A DNA stretch of 64,000 bases from Parabacteroides sp. PM6-13. GTDB lineage: Bacteria > Bacteroidota > Bacteroidia > Bacteroidales > Tannerellaceae. The stretch is taken from NCBI RefSeq assembly GCF_029892605.1, contig NZ_JARXWF010000008.1, forward strand, positions 1-64,000, given 5' to 3'. The translations under genes and the position numbers were made by a program. This document shows, in pieces, positions 37,622 to 49,353 of the stretch (the stretch's first letter is position 1; the number at the start of each line of letters is the position of its first letter). The notes beneath the pieces were generated by a model, which had not been told where the DNA came from, did no database searches, and worked only from the letters and a program-made list of their open reading frames with translations.

Positions 37622-40600
37622 ATGCGCAAGACCGTTTTATTGGGTGTTTTATTGATTGTGTGCACCACCCTGTTTGGAGAGAGTAGATACTATGTAAATG
37701 GAGAAATCGGTAACGATGAGACCCACACCGGGCTCTCCTGGGAACAGGCATTCGCCACGCTCGACAAAGCGTTGGAGATGACCGAAACGTTGGAGGATCC
37801 CGTGATTTATATCGCCCGGGGAACCTATTATCCGAGTAGTTATAGGGGGATTGATGGTTGGTTAAAGTATGATTATACTACCGACACACCCCTTTCCGAA
37901 AATGATTATACTTTCCTGATTCGTAATAATGTCAAGATATATGGAGGATTCCAAGGAGATGATCCCGATGAAACCATCGGAGATAGAGACTTGGTCACTA
38001 ATCGTACTATCCTAAGCGGGAATCTGAAAGAGGGGAAAATAACAGAGAATGATATTACAGCTTGCCATGTACTATTGCTGGTAGGTGACGATCCGGGATC
38101 GCCTATCAAACCCTACCTTGACGGGTTATATATAACCGGAGGAAAAGCAAAGGGGACAAGCATATTCTATGATGATTTTGAATATATTATGTATGATGAA
38201 TACGCTTATATAAAAGATCAGTTCATCTATTATAATTACGGGGGCGGTATATACGCCAAAAACGCTTCATTCAGCCTTACCCAGAGCGCAGTCGCCGGAA
38301 ATAATGCCTATATGCAAGGGGGCGGTATCTATATAGAATCCTCTTCGCCGGAGATCTCTTATACGACTATATCGGGTAACACATGTACACAATCTGGGGC
38401 TGGCATAGCCAACGATCAGGCTACACCGACACTCTCCAATGTGACAATAGCCGGCAACTACACGAAAGGTGAAGGAGGTGCTATTTATAATTATAATAAA
38501 TCCCACACAACTATACTCCATTCTATTATCTGGGGAAATATCAATTATGAGAATAAGGCCAGCAATATAGAAAATGATTGGGAATTGGATTGTTCTTTTA
38601 TTCTCTCCCATAGCTTGATAGAGGGTAGTAGTGAAGAGGGCTTTTTCAACGAGAACATGATACTGGGAGAGGAAGGCACGGTTTATGACCACGATCCGGG
38701 CTTTGTCAACTTTGTCAAACCGGTGCCGGGTGCTTCGCCCACCACCGAAGGCGACTATAGCCTGTCGCCTACCAGCCCTTTCTTCTTTGTGAACGGTATG
38801 TTGTTTGCGGAGGAGGAGATCACAGAACCCACCGTTATTCCCAGCGAAAACGGTATTATTTATGTCAAAGCCGGTGCCGAAGGGAAAGGGAGTAGCTGGG
38901 AGGATGCCCACCCGTCGCTGGCGGAGGCGATCCACTTCAACAACAAACAGGAAGAGCCTGATACTATCTATATCGCAGCAGGCACCTATATTCCGGAAGC
39001 TTTCAGCACAATAACATCAGAGGAACTCAGTAGCAGCAGTACCTTCCGGATCACTAAGAGTATGCATATCTACGGAGGATTCCGGGGCGACGGCGAGGAG
39101 ACGATCGAAGAGCGTGACCTGATAGCGAACCGGACCATCCTGAGTGGTAAGCTCTCTGAAGATGTCTTTGCCTATCATGTGATGGAGATCTATGGAGGGA
39201 AAGATGCCAATCTTCAACCCTATATCAACGGACTGACCATCCGCGACGGGAGAGCCGACGGAGAGAATAGAACAAGCATGAACTCCGCAGGCTTTGAAAA
39301 CAGTAACGGTGGCGGGCTCTATAACCACAACGCCGCCTCGACCTTCGAGCAGGTCACCTTCGAAAACAACTATGCGACAGGATATGGCGGTGCGATCTAC
39401 AACAAACGTATGTATGCTGATAAGAACCCATTGACACTCACCCTGCGCGATGTCGATATCCTACTCAATAAAGCGGAAAAGAATGGTGGCGGGCTCTGGA
39501 ACCAAGACCTGGTAGCAGGCGAAAGGGTACGGATAGCAGGCAACGAGGCAGGTGAGATAGGTGGTGGCATCTTCGAATCGGGCGTTACCTATCTTTGGTA
39601 CTCCTCGATCACCGGCAACAAGGCAGGTAAAGGGGGCGCCTTGGGCACGCATATGGTGAGTATGACCACCTATGAAGAGGATGTATTTCCGACGCTGAAA
39701 GAAACGTTTACCCGCGCCGGATCGAGCTCTTCCTGGGAGACCAATATCTCACTCAGCAAATTGGATAATACACTGATTGCCGACAACCAGGCAACCGAAG
39801 CGGGAGGAGCCATCTACACCGTACACAATACCATCTCCCCACTCTCTTTCCCTATGCGTATTCCTATCATCACCAACTCCATCGTCTGGGGGAATTATGC
39901 CGATGGGGTTGCCAATTCGGCGAATGTCGATTTAACGGTTTCATCGAACAGCCTTATCTACGGATCTACTTACCCCAACAACAACCTGTTTTCACAAGAG
40001 CCTATGCTTGTAGGGGGCGGCGACCCGACAGAAGATGGATGGGTACCCAATGCCGACGGTGACTATAAGGTGCATTACCTCAGCCCGGCTATCGGCATGG
40101 CAGACGACGGGGGCATATTGGCAGGCCTCCCGGTGTACGATCCATTCACGGCGGGCAAGGGGCATATTCTTTATGTCAATCAATACGCGAAGGGAGACGG
40201 CAGTGGCAAAGACTGGCAAAACGCCACGACTTCGCTGGCCGATGCCATTCTCCTGAACAATGCCCTGGAAGATCCCTATACGCTCTTCGTAGCCCAAGGC
40301 ACCTACCACCCGAAATACCGAAACGGCCTGGAGCCCTATCGGAACAGATCGTCGCTGACCGATCGCGACAATACCTTCCTGATCACCAACAACCAACAGA
40401 TTTATGGTGGCTTCAAAGGGAATGATATGAGCGAAACCATCGACAGCCGTAACCTGAAGCGCTATCGGACAATCCTCAGCGGCACCTCCTGCGACGAAGA
40501 GGCTACCGGCTCGGCCTACCATGTGGTGGTAGCCAGAGGCAACGACCCCGAAGCACCCATCACTCCCCTACTCGATGGCCTGACAATCAGCGGAGGCCGG

Positions 40601-41725
40601 GCAGATGGCGATCTTTCGGTATGCGGCAATCAGCTGGCACAATCGCAAGGAGGCGGTATCTATCATCTGTATGCCGACAGCAAATTGGTACGCATGCGAT
40701 TCGAAGACAATGAGGCCCTGCAGGGAGGAGCTATCTATAACGAACAAAGCGCGCCTCTATTGGTGAACGCGCTTATAACAAAGAATAAAGCGACAAAAGG
40801 CGGCGCAATGTATAACCAATCCTCTTCGCCGCTCCTGGTCAACGCGACCGTGGCCGATAACCAGGCAACCGAAGCCGGAGGAGGGATCTACAACCACGCT
40901 TCCGAGGCAGAGGTGCGCAACACGATTGTATGGGCCAACCGCAAAGCAACCGAGATCAACAATGTGGTAAACACGAACGAATCGGCCACCAATTATGCCT
41001 ATAGCCTGTTGGAGGGGGGAGCGGAAGAGGGAACCATCCACCTGAATCCGAAGTTCACCTCCGGCTATTATCCGCAGACCAACGAAGCAATCCTCTGGTG
41101 TTCCTCGGTGGAGATGTATAAAGAAAACGGCGTATCGCTCTTCGACCTGGACGGACAGCCGCGTCTGAGCAACAATGCCCGAACCATCTATATGGGCGCT
41201 TTCGAGACCTTGCTGCCTATCATAGAAAATAATCCGGCCATCGTTTACCATACCGTTATTGTGCCCGAGGAAAAAGGCGTGGTAACCGATCCTGTTCCCG
41301 GCACCTATGAGCTGCCGGCAGGAGATCGCTTCCTCATATACATCACGCTTGAAGAAGACTATTCCGAGTCGGACATCCGTATGTTCGTGAACGGAGAAGA
41401 GGTCAAATTGCAGGAGTTTACTCCCCGCCACTACCATGCCTCCTTCCCGACAAGCTGGACGACAAACAGAATCACCTTCGAGGGGATTGAAAAGAATATA
41501 CCCACTCACAACGCATCGCTCGAACAGGAATTATGGCAGGTATATGCCACTTCGGGCAAGCTACACATCGTTCCGTCAGGGAAAGCCACAGCGGTGTCGG
41601 TCTATAGCGCCGCCGGTATGTTGTGCTTCTCACAGACGCTACACGAATCGGTAACGATCCCGTTGCCCGCGGGTATTTACTTCGTGCGCGCTGAAGAGAT
41701 GAGTTGGAAGGTGATAATAAAATAA
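37622..41725 (+). CDS. secreted giant beta-helix (PMP/choice-of-anchor-like repeat) protein with T9SS C-terminal sorting domain
   Basis: 1367 aa. Signal peptide. Repeated GGGIY/GGAIYN right-handed beta-helix motifs. C-terminal about 80 aa (GKLHIVPSGKATAVSVYSAAGMLCF...IYFVRAE) matches the Por/T9SS CTD. Confidence 0.75.
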   Translation: MRKTVLLGVLLIVCTTLFGESRYYVNGEIGNDETHTGLSWEQAFATLDKALEMTETLEDPVIYIARGTYYPSSYRGIDGWLKYDYTTDTPLSENDYTFLIRNNVKIYGGFQGDDPDETIGDRDLVTNRTILSGNLKEGKITENDITACHVLLLVGDDPGSPIKPYLDGLYITGGKAKGTSIFYDDFEYIMYDEYAYIKDQFIYYNYGGGIYAKNASFSLTQSAVAGNNAYMQGGGIYIESSSPEISYTTISGNTCTQSGAGIANDQATPTLSNVTIAGNYTKGEGGAIYNYNKSHTTILHSIIWGNINYENKASNIENDWELDCSFILSHSLIEGSSEEGFFNENMILGEEGTVYDHDPGFVNFVKPVPGASPTTEGDYSLSPTSPFFFVNGMLFAEEEITEPTVIPSENGIIYVKAGAEGKGSSWEDAHPSLAEAIHFNNKQEEPDTIYIAAGTYIPEAFSTITSEELSSSSTFRITKSMHIYGGFRGDGEETIEERDLIANRTILSGKLSEDVFAYHVMEIYGGKDANLQPYINGLTIRDGRADGENRTSMNSAGFENSNGGGLYNHNAASTFEQVTFENNYATGYGGAIYNKRMYADKNPLTLTLRDVDILLNKAEKNGGGLWNQDLVAGERVRIAGNEAGEIGGGIFESGVTYLWYSSITGNKAGKGGALGTHMVSMTTYEEDVFPTLKETFTRAGSSSSWETNISLSKLDNTLIADNQATEAGGAIYTVHNTISPLSFPMRIPIITNSIVWGNYADGVANSANVDLTVSSNSLIYGSTYPNNNLFSQEPMLVGGGDPTEDGWVPNADGDYKVHYLSPAIGMADDGGILAGLPVYDPFTAGKGHILYVNQYAKGDGSGKDWQNATTSLADAILLNNALEDPYTLFVAQGTYHPKYRNGLEPYRNRSSLTDRDNTFLITNNQQIYGGFKGNDMSETIDSRNLKRYRTILSGTSCDEEATGSAYHVVVARGNDPEAPITPLLDGLTISGGRADGDLSVCGNQLAQSQGGGIYHLYADSKLVRMRFEDNEALQGGAIYNEQSAPLLVNALITKNKATKGGAMYNQSSSPLLVNATVADNQATEAGGGIYNHASEAEVRNTIVWANRKATEINNVVNTNESATNYAYSLLEGGAEEGTIHLNPKFTSGYYPQTNEAILWCSSVEMYKENGVSLFDLDGQPRLSNNARTIYMGAFETLLPIIENNPAIVYHTVIVPEEKGVVTDPVPGTYELPAGDRFLIYITLEEDYSESDIRMFVNGEEVKLQEFTPRHYHASFPTSWTTNRITFEGIEKNIPTHNASLEQELWQVYATSGKLHIVPSGKATAVSVYSAAGMLCFSQTLHESVTIPLPAGIYFVRAEEMSWKVIIK

Positions 41726-41805
41726 TTATCATTACATTTGTCTTGTTCCTGATTTCGATCAGAAGAGAAAACCAACTAATGTTCAACTAATTATTTCTTT
41801 GCACG

Positions 41806-43317
41806 ATGAAAAAAGTCTTTACCACCGTGCTGTTTGCCTTGCCGCTTACTCTACTGGCGCAAACAGCAAGCATCCGCGTCAACACGGAGCGGATTATCGG
41901 AGAAATCGACCCGAAAATTTATGGGGTGTTTATGGAACCTATCGGACGCGACACGGTGTTTCCGATAACTAACAATCTGTACGGTCCGCTCTATGACCCT
42001 GCCTCGCCACTGGCTAATGAGGATGGTTTTAAAACCAACTACATCGATGCCATGCGGGAGTTGAAGATCACGAATATGCGTTGGCCGGGCGGAAACTATA
42101 TCGCGAGTTATGACTGGCGCGACGGGATTGGGCCGAAAGCCGATCGTCCTGTCCGGAAAGACCTGGCTTGGGGTGGCTACGAAACGAACCATGTCGGCAC
42201 CGATGAGTGGATCAAATTGAACAAAGCCATCGGCAGTGAGAATGTAATCTGCCTCAACCTCGGACTGGGTGATGTGAACAACGCCCGTTTCTGGATCGAA
42301 TACACCAACATCTCCAGTGGAACCTACTACTCCGACCTGCGCATAAAATATGGCAATACGGAGCCTTATAAGGTGAAATACTGGTGTATCGGCAACGAGG
42401 TAGACGGACAGCCCTGGATCAACGGCTATAAGAACGCGGAAGACTATTGCAAAATCGGCCTGGAAGCGGCCAAAGCGTTGAAGAATGTAGACAACTCCAT
42501 CCAGTTGATTGCTAATGGTTCTTCCTATTATGAACCGACAGGTGTCTGGGTCGACTGGAACCGCCAGGTGGTGAATGCCTTTACGGGGGTAGCCGATTAT
42601 CTCTCGATCCACCGCTATTGGGGTGAAAAGATTTCCACCGACTATTATAACTTCATGGGCGAAGCGGCAATGGATTTCGAAGAAAAGATAACCACTGCCG
42701 CGGCACAGATCCGTATTGCCCAATCGCTCTATCCGGAGAAAACGCCCTTGAAGCTATCGGTCGATGAGTGGGCTGCCCGGGGAAGCGATATCAAAGGCGT
42801 ACTGGCCAATGCGATGTGTTTGAATTCATTCGTTCGTCACGCGGATATCGTGAAGATGGCCAACTTCACCATGATGACCTCGCTGTTGGCTACCGACAAA
42901 GATAAAGGGACTTATAAGTCGCCGCTGTTTTATGCCTATAAATTGTTCTCCAATAATTGTCACGGGAAAACGGTCGATGCCTATGTGGCATGCGAAACCT
43001 TCGACGCAGGACGTTTCTCGGATATTCCTTACCTGGATGTGACCAGCGTCTATTCCGAAGCGACCGGCACGGTGTATATCAACGTAATCAACCGTCACCA
43101 GGACAAAGGCATTAAGACAGAGATCGAAGATGTAAAAGGCGCGTTTACCGGCAAGGCAGCGGTTTCTCTGATATATGGGGAGTTGGGCGATAACTTCTCG
43201 TACGACAAGCAGGATAAGTATACCCCAAAAACAGAAGAGATCAGCCTGAAAAACAACAAGCTGACCTATACCTTCCCGGCACATTCCTTTACGCAGATTG
43301 CCGTTAAGGTGAAATAA
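41806..43317 (+). CDS. alpha-L-arabinofuranosidase, glycoside hydrolase family 51
   Basis: Signal peptide. YGVFMEPIGR N-terminus. WCIGNEVDG catalytic acid/base motif. C-terminal beta-sandwich. Confidence 0.8.
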   Translation: MKKVFTTVLFALPLTLLAQTASIRVNTERIIGEIDPKIYGVFMEPIGRDTVFPITNNLYGPLYDPASPLANEDGFKTNYIDAMRELKITNMRWPGGNYIASYDWRDGIGPKADRPVRKDLAWGGYETNHVGTDEWIKLNKAIGSENVICLNLGLGDVNNARFWIEYTNISSGTYYSDLRIKYGNTEPYKVKYWCIGNEVDGQPWINGYKNAEDYCKIGLEAAKALKNVDNSIQLIANGSSYYEPTGVWVDWNRQVVNAFTGVADYLSIHRYWGEKISTDYYNFMGEAAMDFEEKITTAAAQIRIAQSLYPEKTPLKLSVDEWAARGSDIKGVLANAMCLNSFVRHADIVKMANFTMMTSLLATDKDKGTYKSPLFYAYKLFSNNCHGKTVDAYVACETFDAGRFSDIPYLDVTSVYSEATGTVYINVINRHQDKGIKTEIEDVKGAFTGKAAVSLIYGELGDNFSYDKQDKYTPKTEEISLKNNKLTYTFPAHSFTQIAVKVK

Positions 43318-43325
43318 ATACAAAT

Positions 43326-43379
43326 GAAAAATGAGGAATGAAGAATATCAACCAATTCTTCATTCCTCATTCTTCATTT
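43326..43379. terminator. REP-like hairpin (17-bp perfect stem aatgaggaatgaagaat), bidirectional terminator
   Basis: Sits between convergent GH51 and binding-protein genes. Same motif family as 6297..6370. Confidence 0.55.
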
Positions 43380-44322
43380 AATAAGCGTACTTCTTATTCT
43401 GCCCTACATTCTCTTTATTGATAAGCGTCGCGGGCATAACGATTCGTTTTTCTTCCGGTTGTTTTCCATCCAACAGGTCGGCGGCGATATCAATACATTT
43501 GCTGATCATGGCCGGGGAATAAAGCGTCGTGGCCAGATCCACATCACGCACCTGCTCAATGTATTCCAGGTAGGTCTGTGCTCCACCACAGCCAACCACC
43601 ACCTTCACCTGGTGTTCGCCGACTGCTTTTAAGGCATCATATACCCCCATGGCAATCTCATCATCCTGTGCATAGATCGCCTCTACCTCCGGGTGTTCTT
43701 TCAACAACGCCAAGGTTCTCGCTTTCCCTTCGTTATAGGAGTATTTCTCTACTTCCCAATCGATCACGGAAGTCGCAGGGCTGTTTTCACGGAATGCCTG
43801 CTTGAAAGCCGTCACCCGCTGGTTGCTGGAGGCAGGGTCTTGCGCGACAGCGAATACAGCCACACTGCCTACCTGCTTATCTGCCACATAGACTCCGGCA
43901 TTGCGCCCGGCACCTACGTTATCGCCCTGAACAAGGGCTGTATAATCCACATCCAAGGCCTCCTCGAACAGGATCACCGGGATACGGCGTTTGATGGCCA
44001 CATTCACCTCGGCCAGGTCAAGACCCGGCTCGGGAGAAAGCACGATGACACGTACGCCCGAATTGATTACCATCTGAAGCTGCTCGGCCTGCTCCTCCGC
44101 GTTCTTCGCGCTGGTGAGGTAATAAGGTTTCAGGTTATGTTCAAGCAAACCACTCTGCGCATATAAAGCCATGGCTGCCCGCCAATCGTTGGATAAATGT
44201 TTCAGGTTGACACTGATTTCAGGTGCCCCCTTTTCATCATCATCGTTATCACAAGAGGTAAACACTACACCCGCTACTACTGAGACAGCTATTAAAGCCA
44301 TTACTTTCCAAATTGTCTTCAT
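43378..44322 (-). CDS. periplasmic sugar-binding (LacI/RbsB-type PBP) lipoprotein
   Basis: Lipobox VVFTSCDNDDD. Periplasmic binding protein type I fold motifs. Confidence 0.65.
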   Translation of the reverse strand: MKTIWKVMALIAVSVVAGVVFTSCDNDDDEKGAPEISVNLKHLSNDWRAAMALYAQSGLLEHNLKPYYLTSAKNAEEQAEQLQMVINSGVRVIVLSPEPGLDLAEVNVAIKRRIPVILFEEALDVDYTALVQGDNVGAGRNAGVYVADKQVGSVAVFAVAQDPASSNQRVTAFKQAFRENSPATSVIDWEVEKYSYNEGKARTLALLKEHPEVEAIYAQDDEIAMGVYDALKAVGEHQVKVVVGCGGAQTYLEYIEQVRDVDLATTLYSPAMISKCIDIAADLLDGKQPEEKRIVMPATLINKENVGQNKKYAY

Positions 44323-44431
44323 ACTTTTTCTTTTTTAAATTAAACGTAATTTGTAAGGTTTGTACAGGTATAACACTCCCCCGTTTGAAATGGTTTAATG
44401 GGATCATCCTGGCATATGGTGGGGGTATCAG

Positions 44432-44476
44432 GTTGAAGAAGTTGAAAGTTGAAAGTTGAAAATTGAAAATTGAAAC
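44432..44476. repeat. tandem heptamer (gttgaaa)n microsatellite
   Basis: ggttgaagaagttgaaagttgaaagttgaaaattgaaaattgaaac. Confidence 0.7.
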
Positions 44477-44575
44477 AACGTTCGCTTAGCGCAGCGTAAA
44501 GCAAAATGAAGGAAAAGGAGAAAGGGGAAGTGTTTTCAAATTTTGGAAAATTGGAAGGAACGGAGATATAAATGG

Positions 44576-44892
44576 CTGAAAGCCACAATGGGCCTGAAGG
44601 GCCGAGTTCCGGAGGGACGAAGACTTAGCCCATGGGTAAGCAGACTGAAAGTCTGCGTCACCCTGGGTTTAGAGGGTATATAAATAATGAGTTCTGAAGG
44701 AACGAAAGAAGAAATCCACTATTCACAGGCGCTATCACCATATATCCTATGATACTATCTATCGTTCCTTCAGAACTCGATTTCTTGTATTGTCATGATA
44801 CCCAGGGTAGCGCAGACCTCCGGTCTGCTTACCCATGGGCTAAGTCATCGTCCCTCCGGGACTCGGCCTTCCAGGCCCGCTGTGACTTTCAG
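44576..44892. repeat. 317-bp nested imperfect palindrome (outer arms about 70 bp, inner perfect 17-bp IR gagttctgaaggaacga)
   Basis: Outer arms 44576..44645 and 44823..44892 are near-perfect reverse complements. Inner IRs at 44651..44668/44800..44817 and 44690..44706/44762..44778. Confidence 0.8.
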
Positions 44893-45013
44893 CCATATAA
44901 AGAGAATCTTCCCCTTTTCTCCAATTTGAATTCAGTACCTATTGCGAATAAATAAAAAAAGCGTTTCCCATAGTTGTTGGGAAACGCTTTATATAGATAA
45001 GAAAATTGTCTAC

Positions 45014-45532
45014 TTAAAAATGGAAAGAGATACCTGCACTCAGGTAGGCAGCTCCGTAACCCAGTTCCGAATAAACGGCTACATTGGGTGAGAAGTAGTA
45101 GCGAGCACCGGCATACAAGCCCGGCAGGAATACGTTGTCCGCGCTACCGGAAACAGAGGTCTCGCCGTCGTAAGAGCTTGACGCAACATTATAACCGACC
45201 ATCAAACCGGCGTACGTATCCAGTTTTTCTACAAACTGATAGTGGAAAGCACCACGCACACCAAACACAAAGTGGTTGTAATTCCATTTCACACCACCAT
45301 ACTTTTCCGAATCGCCATACCAGGCAAAATAGCCTCCGATACCGATCGAGCCGTTTTCTCCTTTGATCAGATTGTCTTTGATGCAATGCTCATAAGAGGC
45401 TTCGATAGGGAAGTAATTACCTCCTAAACCGATACCTACATTAACATTGTTACTCCCTTTAGAAAATACATCTTGCGCCTGAACGGTTAAGGTTGCCAGC
45501 AACAAGGCAAATGCCAAAAATACTTTTTTCAT
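45014..45532 (-). CDS. outer-membrane beta-barrel protein (OmpA-like porin family)
   Basis: Signal peptide. Alternating amphipathic beta strands. C-terminal aromatic residue (F). Confidence 0.6.
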   Translation of the reverse strand: MKKVFLAFALLLATLTVQAQDVFSKGSNNVNVGIGLGGNYFPIEASYEHCIKDNLIKGENGSIGIGGYFAWYGDSEKYGGVKWNYNHFVFGVRGAFHYQFVEKLDTYAGLMVGYNVASSSYDGETSVSGSADNVFLPGLYAGARYYFSPNVAVYSELGYGAAYLSAGISFHF

Positions 45533-45580
45533 ACTTAAACAATTAAGTGATTATTAAATAGATGTAGAGTTTCCTTTCTT

Positions 45581-48500
45581 TCAACGATTTGCTTCAATCC
45601 ATTTGCGGGCATTTACGAAGGCTTCCATCCACGGAGTCACTTCGTCGGCCTTGCGATCAGCCGGGTAATAGCCACACTGCCACGGGAACACGGCGCGCTC
45701 CGGATGAGGCATGATAGAGAGGTGGCGACCATCGGCCGAAGCAACGCCGGCAACCGACCAGGGCGATCCGTTCGGATTGGCAGGATACCCTTCATAGTTA
45801 TATTTAGCTACCACGTTGTATTGCTTTTCTTCATACGGGAAAGCGAACTTACCTTCACCGTGCGCTACCCACGCGCCGATCTTTGATCCGCTCAGGGAGC
45901 CGAACATCACCGAGTTGTTTTTCGGGATCTCCAGTGTAACGAAGTTGGATTCAAACTTATGCGAGTCGTTGAATACCATCTTATGTTTCACCTCATGTTC
46001 GGGATAGAGCACTTCGAGCTCGGCCATCAATTGGCAACCATTACAAATACCCATACTCAAGGTGTCCTTGCGGGCATAATAGTTGTCGATCGCCTTTTTC
46101 GCCCGTTCGTTGTAGAGGAAGCCACCGGCCCATCCTTTGGCAGAGCCCAATACGTCGGAGTTAGAGAAACCACCCACAAAGATGATCATATTCACATCCT
46201 CCAATGTTTCACGTCCGCTTGCCAGGTCGGTCATGTGTACGTCCTTCACATCAAAGCCGGCCAGGTAGAGAGCATACGCCGTTTCGCGTTCACACTGCGA
46301 TCCCTTTTCGCGGATTACAGCCGCTTTCACGCCACTCCGTTCCTTGCGGTCGGCCGAAAGGCCTAAATCAGCCAGGCGTCCGGTAAAGTTTTTGTTGTAT
46401 TTGAATTCCAACGGTTGCATCTTATAGTTCTCAAAACGATTGCCAGCACAAAGGCTTCCGCTCTGCTTTCTATCCAACTGGTAAGAGGATTGATACCACA
46501 CATCGCGCATATAATCGATACCGAAGTGGTATTCCACGCCGTTCTTAGCCACCAAGATATGGCGCTCTGTCGTCGGTTTAGCGATAGCGGCAAAGCCAAC
46601 GCCACATTCCGTCATCAGTTGTTCGAACGCTTTCTTGTCTTTCACCTGCACCAGAATACCCGGGTTCTCAGCAAACAGGATCTTCATCAGATCTTCTTCC
46701 GCTACCTTATTCAGGTCGACTTCCAAGCCACCCTCTACGTTAGCAAAACACATCTCCAACAGAGCCGTGATCATACCACCGGCAGAGATATCGTGTCCGG
46801 CGAGGATCAGCCCATTTTCGATCGCCTCCTGAACAGCATTAAACGCGTCCGCGAAGTATTCCGAATCTTTCACCGTTGGCACCTCGTCGCCGATACGGTT
46901 CAATACCTGTGCAAAAGCAGAACCGCCCAGTTTCAGGGTATCGAAAGAGAAATCGATATAATAGACTGTCGTATTGTTTTCTTTGGCAAGCACCGGCGAC
47001 ACGATCTTCTTCACATCGCTCACCTCACCGGCAGCAGAGATAATCACCGTTCCCGGAGAGATCACCTTTTCCTGCCCGTATTTCTGTGTCATCGACAGGG
47101 AGTCTTTTCCGGTCGGTATGTTGATACCCAACGCAATGGCAAAGTCCGAACAGGCTTGTACCGCCTTGTACAAACGGGCATCTTCTCCTTCGTTGCGGCA
47201 AGGCCACATCCAGTTGGCACTCAACGACACGCCAGTCAGCTGATCGCTCAACGGAGCAAACACCAGGTTGGTCAACGACTCAGCAATCGCCATCACCGAA
47301 CCGGCCGCCGGATCAACCATCGCTACCTGCGGAGCATGCCCAATCGAGGTGGCAATTCCTGCTTTTCCTCTGTAATCGAGTGCCACAGCGCCCAGGTCGC
47401 TCAATGGCAACTGCAATTCACCCTGGCATTGCTGGCGGGCTACCTTACCTGTTACCGAACGGTCGACCTTATTGGTCAGCCAATCCTTACAGGCAACGGC
47501 TTCCAGTTGAAGCACATTCTCCAGGTAATGATGTATTTCAGATTCTTTGTAAACCACCGGTTGGTAGGCCTCATCCAGTGTATGGTCGACCATAACTGTC
47601 TTCGGCGCTTTGCCAAACATGTATTCCAGTTTCAGGTCGATGGGCTTTTCGCCGTCCGCCTGTTTGAATACCAAGGCCATATCGTTTGTTGTTTCCCCTA
47701 CCACATACATCGGAGCGCGTTCGCGTTCGGCAATGCGTTGGATACGTTCCACATCCTTTTCTTTCATCAGAAGCCCCATACGTTCCTGGCTTTCATTGCC
47801 AATGATCTCTTTGGCAGAAAGCGTCGGATCGCCGATAGGCAGTTTATCCATTTCGATTACCCCACCGGTTGCTTCGATCAATTCGGACAAACAGTTAAGG
47901 TGTCCGCCAGCTCCGTGGTCGTGGATTGAAATGATCGGGTTTTCATCGGCTTCCGCAATGGTACGGATCACGTTGGCTGCTCTCTTCTGCATCTCCGGAT
48001 TGGCACGCTGTACGGCGTTCAATTCAATGCCGCTGGCATACTGTCCGGTGTCGACCGAAGAAACAGCGCCTCCACCCATACCGATACGGTAGTTGTCACC
48101 ACCGATCACCACCACCTTTTCACCCGGTTCGGGATCGCCTTTCAACGCATCGCGTTTATTAGCAAAACCAACACCACCGGCCAGCATGATGACCTTGTCG
48201 TATCCATATTTCTTATTGTTTTCTTCGTGTTCGAAGGTCAGAACCGAACCACAGATCAGCGGTTGCCCGAAATGGTTCCCGAACTGCGATGCTCCGTTGG
48301 AGGCCTTGATCAGGATCTGTTCCGGTGTTTGATACAACCAACGGCGGGGATCCATATATTGTTCCCATTCGCGGGCGCCTTCCGTGCGCGGGTAAGAGGT
48401 CATGTAAACCGCCGTCCCTGCCATCGGCAAAGAGGCCTTTCCGCCAGCCAGACGGTCGCGAATCTCACCTCCCGAACCGGTAGATGCGCCATTGAAGGGC

Positions 48501-49264
48501 TCCACAGTGGTGGGGAAGTTATGCGTTTCCGCTTTCAGGGAGATCACGGTTTCGATCTCTTTGGTGGCGTAATAATCGGGCTTGTCTCCCGAAAGCGGAG
48601 CGAACTGCTCCATCTTCGGCCCTTCATTAAACGCTACATTATCTTTATAGGCCGATACCAATTTATTGGGATTCTCTTTCGAGGTTTTCTTGATCAGATT
48701 GAACAGGCTGCTTTCCATCTCCACCCCGTCGATCACGAAGGTACCACCGAATATCTTATGGCGACAGTGTTCGGAATTCACCTGCGCGAATCCATACACC
48801 TCGCTATCAGTCAGCTTACGATTCAATTTCTCACTTATTTCGTTCAGATAAGCCACCTCATCTTCGCTCAACGCCAGCCCTTCCTGTTCGTTGTAAGCCA
48901 CAATATCCTCAATATAGACAATCGGATCCGGCTTTTTGTTGATCGTGAATATCTCCTGATCCAACCCGTTATAGATGCGTTGCAACATCGGGTCATGATC
49001 CGCCTCCTTGCCGGAGACAGGGAAATATTCTTCAATACGCGAAATACCGGGCACCCCCATGTTTTGGGTGATCTCAACGGCGTTGGTACTCCAGGGCGTG
49101 ATCATTTCACGACGAGGGCCTACAAACCAGCCGTCTAAGGTGTCTACCTCTAATGGGGTCGCATTGCCAAACGCCCACACCAGTTTTTGGATATTTTCGG
49201 AAGAGAATGGTTGAGCTGCCTCAACAGCCAATACAGAACCGGAAGATCTGAAAAATAGAATCAT
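45581..49264 (-). CDS. purL: phosphoribosylformylglycinamidine synthase (single-chain FGAM synthase)
   Basis: 1227 aa. AIR-synthase-related domains and a C-terminal class I glutamine amidotransferase (GICNGCQ). Confidence 0.95.
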   Translation of the reverse strand: MILFFRSSGSVLAVEAAQPFSSENIQKLVWAFGNATPLEVDTLDGWFVGPRREMITPWSTNAVEITQNMGVPGISRIEEYFPVSGKEADHDPMLQRIYNGLDQEIFTINKKPDPIVYIEDIVAYNEQEGLALSEDEVAYLNEISEKLNRKLTDSEVYGFAQVNSEHCRHKIFGGTFVIDGVEMESSLFNLIKKTSKENPNKLVSAYKDNVAFNEGPKMEQFAPLSGDKPDYYATKEIETVISLKAETHNFPTTVEPFNGASTGSGGEIRDRLAGGKASLPMAGTAVYMTSYPRTEGAREWEQYMDPRRWLYQTPEQILIKASNGASQFGNHFGQPLICGSVLTFEHEENNKKYGYDKVIMLAGGVGFANKRDALKGDPEPGEKVVVIGGDNYRIGMGGGAVSSVDTGQYASGIELNAVQRANPEMQKRAANVIRTIAEADENPIISIHDHGAGGHLNCLSELIEATGGVIEMDKLPIGDPTLSAKEIIGNESQERMGLLMKEKDVERIQRIAERERAPMYVVGETTNDMALVFKQADGEKPIDLKLEYMFGKAPKTVMVDHTLDEAYQPVVYKESEIHHYLENVLQLEAVACKDWLTNKVDRSVTGKVARQQCQGELQLPLSDLGAVALDYRGKAGIATSIGHAPQVAMVDPAAGSVMAIAESLTNLVFAPLSDQLTGVSLSANWMWPCRNEGEDARLYKAVQACSDFAIALGINIPTGKDSLSMTQKYGQEKVISPGTVIISAAGEVSDVKKIVSPVLAKENNTTVYYIDFSFDTLKLGGSAFAQVLNRIGDEVPTVKDSEYFADAFNAVQEAIENGLILAGHDISAGGMITALLEMCFANVEGGLEVDLNKVAEEDLMKILFAENPGILVQVKDKKAFEQLMTECGVGFAAIAKPTTERHILVAKNGVEYHFGIDYMRDVWYQSSYQLDRKQSGSLCAGNRFENYKMQPLEFKYNKNFTGRLADLGLSADRKERSGVKAAVIREKGSQCERETAYALYLAGFDVKDVHMTDLASGRETLEDVNMIIFVGGFSNSDVLGSAKGWAGGFLYNERAKKAIDNYYARKDTLSMGICNGCQLMAELEVLYPEHEVKHKMVFNDSHKFESNFVTLEIPKNNSVMFGSLSGSKIGAWVAHGEGKFAFPYEEKQYNVVAKYNYEGYPANPNGSPWSVAGVASADGRHLSIMPHPERAVFPWQCGYYPADRKADEVTPWMEAFVNARKWIEANR

Positions 49265-49353
49265 ACTTTTATACTATTGATATGTCTAACATCATGGCGA
49301 ACAACCCCATTTGTTTCGCACCGCAAAGATAATCAGAAATAATGAATTCCTGT

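Noticed and set aside
40757-42723. 250-aa and 290-aa minus-strand ORFs
   Set aside because: Antisense to the T9SS beta-helix gene and the GH51 gene respectively.
46415-47929. 504-aa plus-strand ORF (and 48227..49138, 303 aa)
   Set aside because: Antisense to purL, whose identity is unambiguous. His/Arg/Cys-rich translation typical of a reverse-frame artifact.
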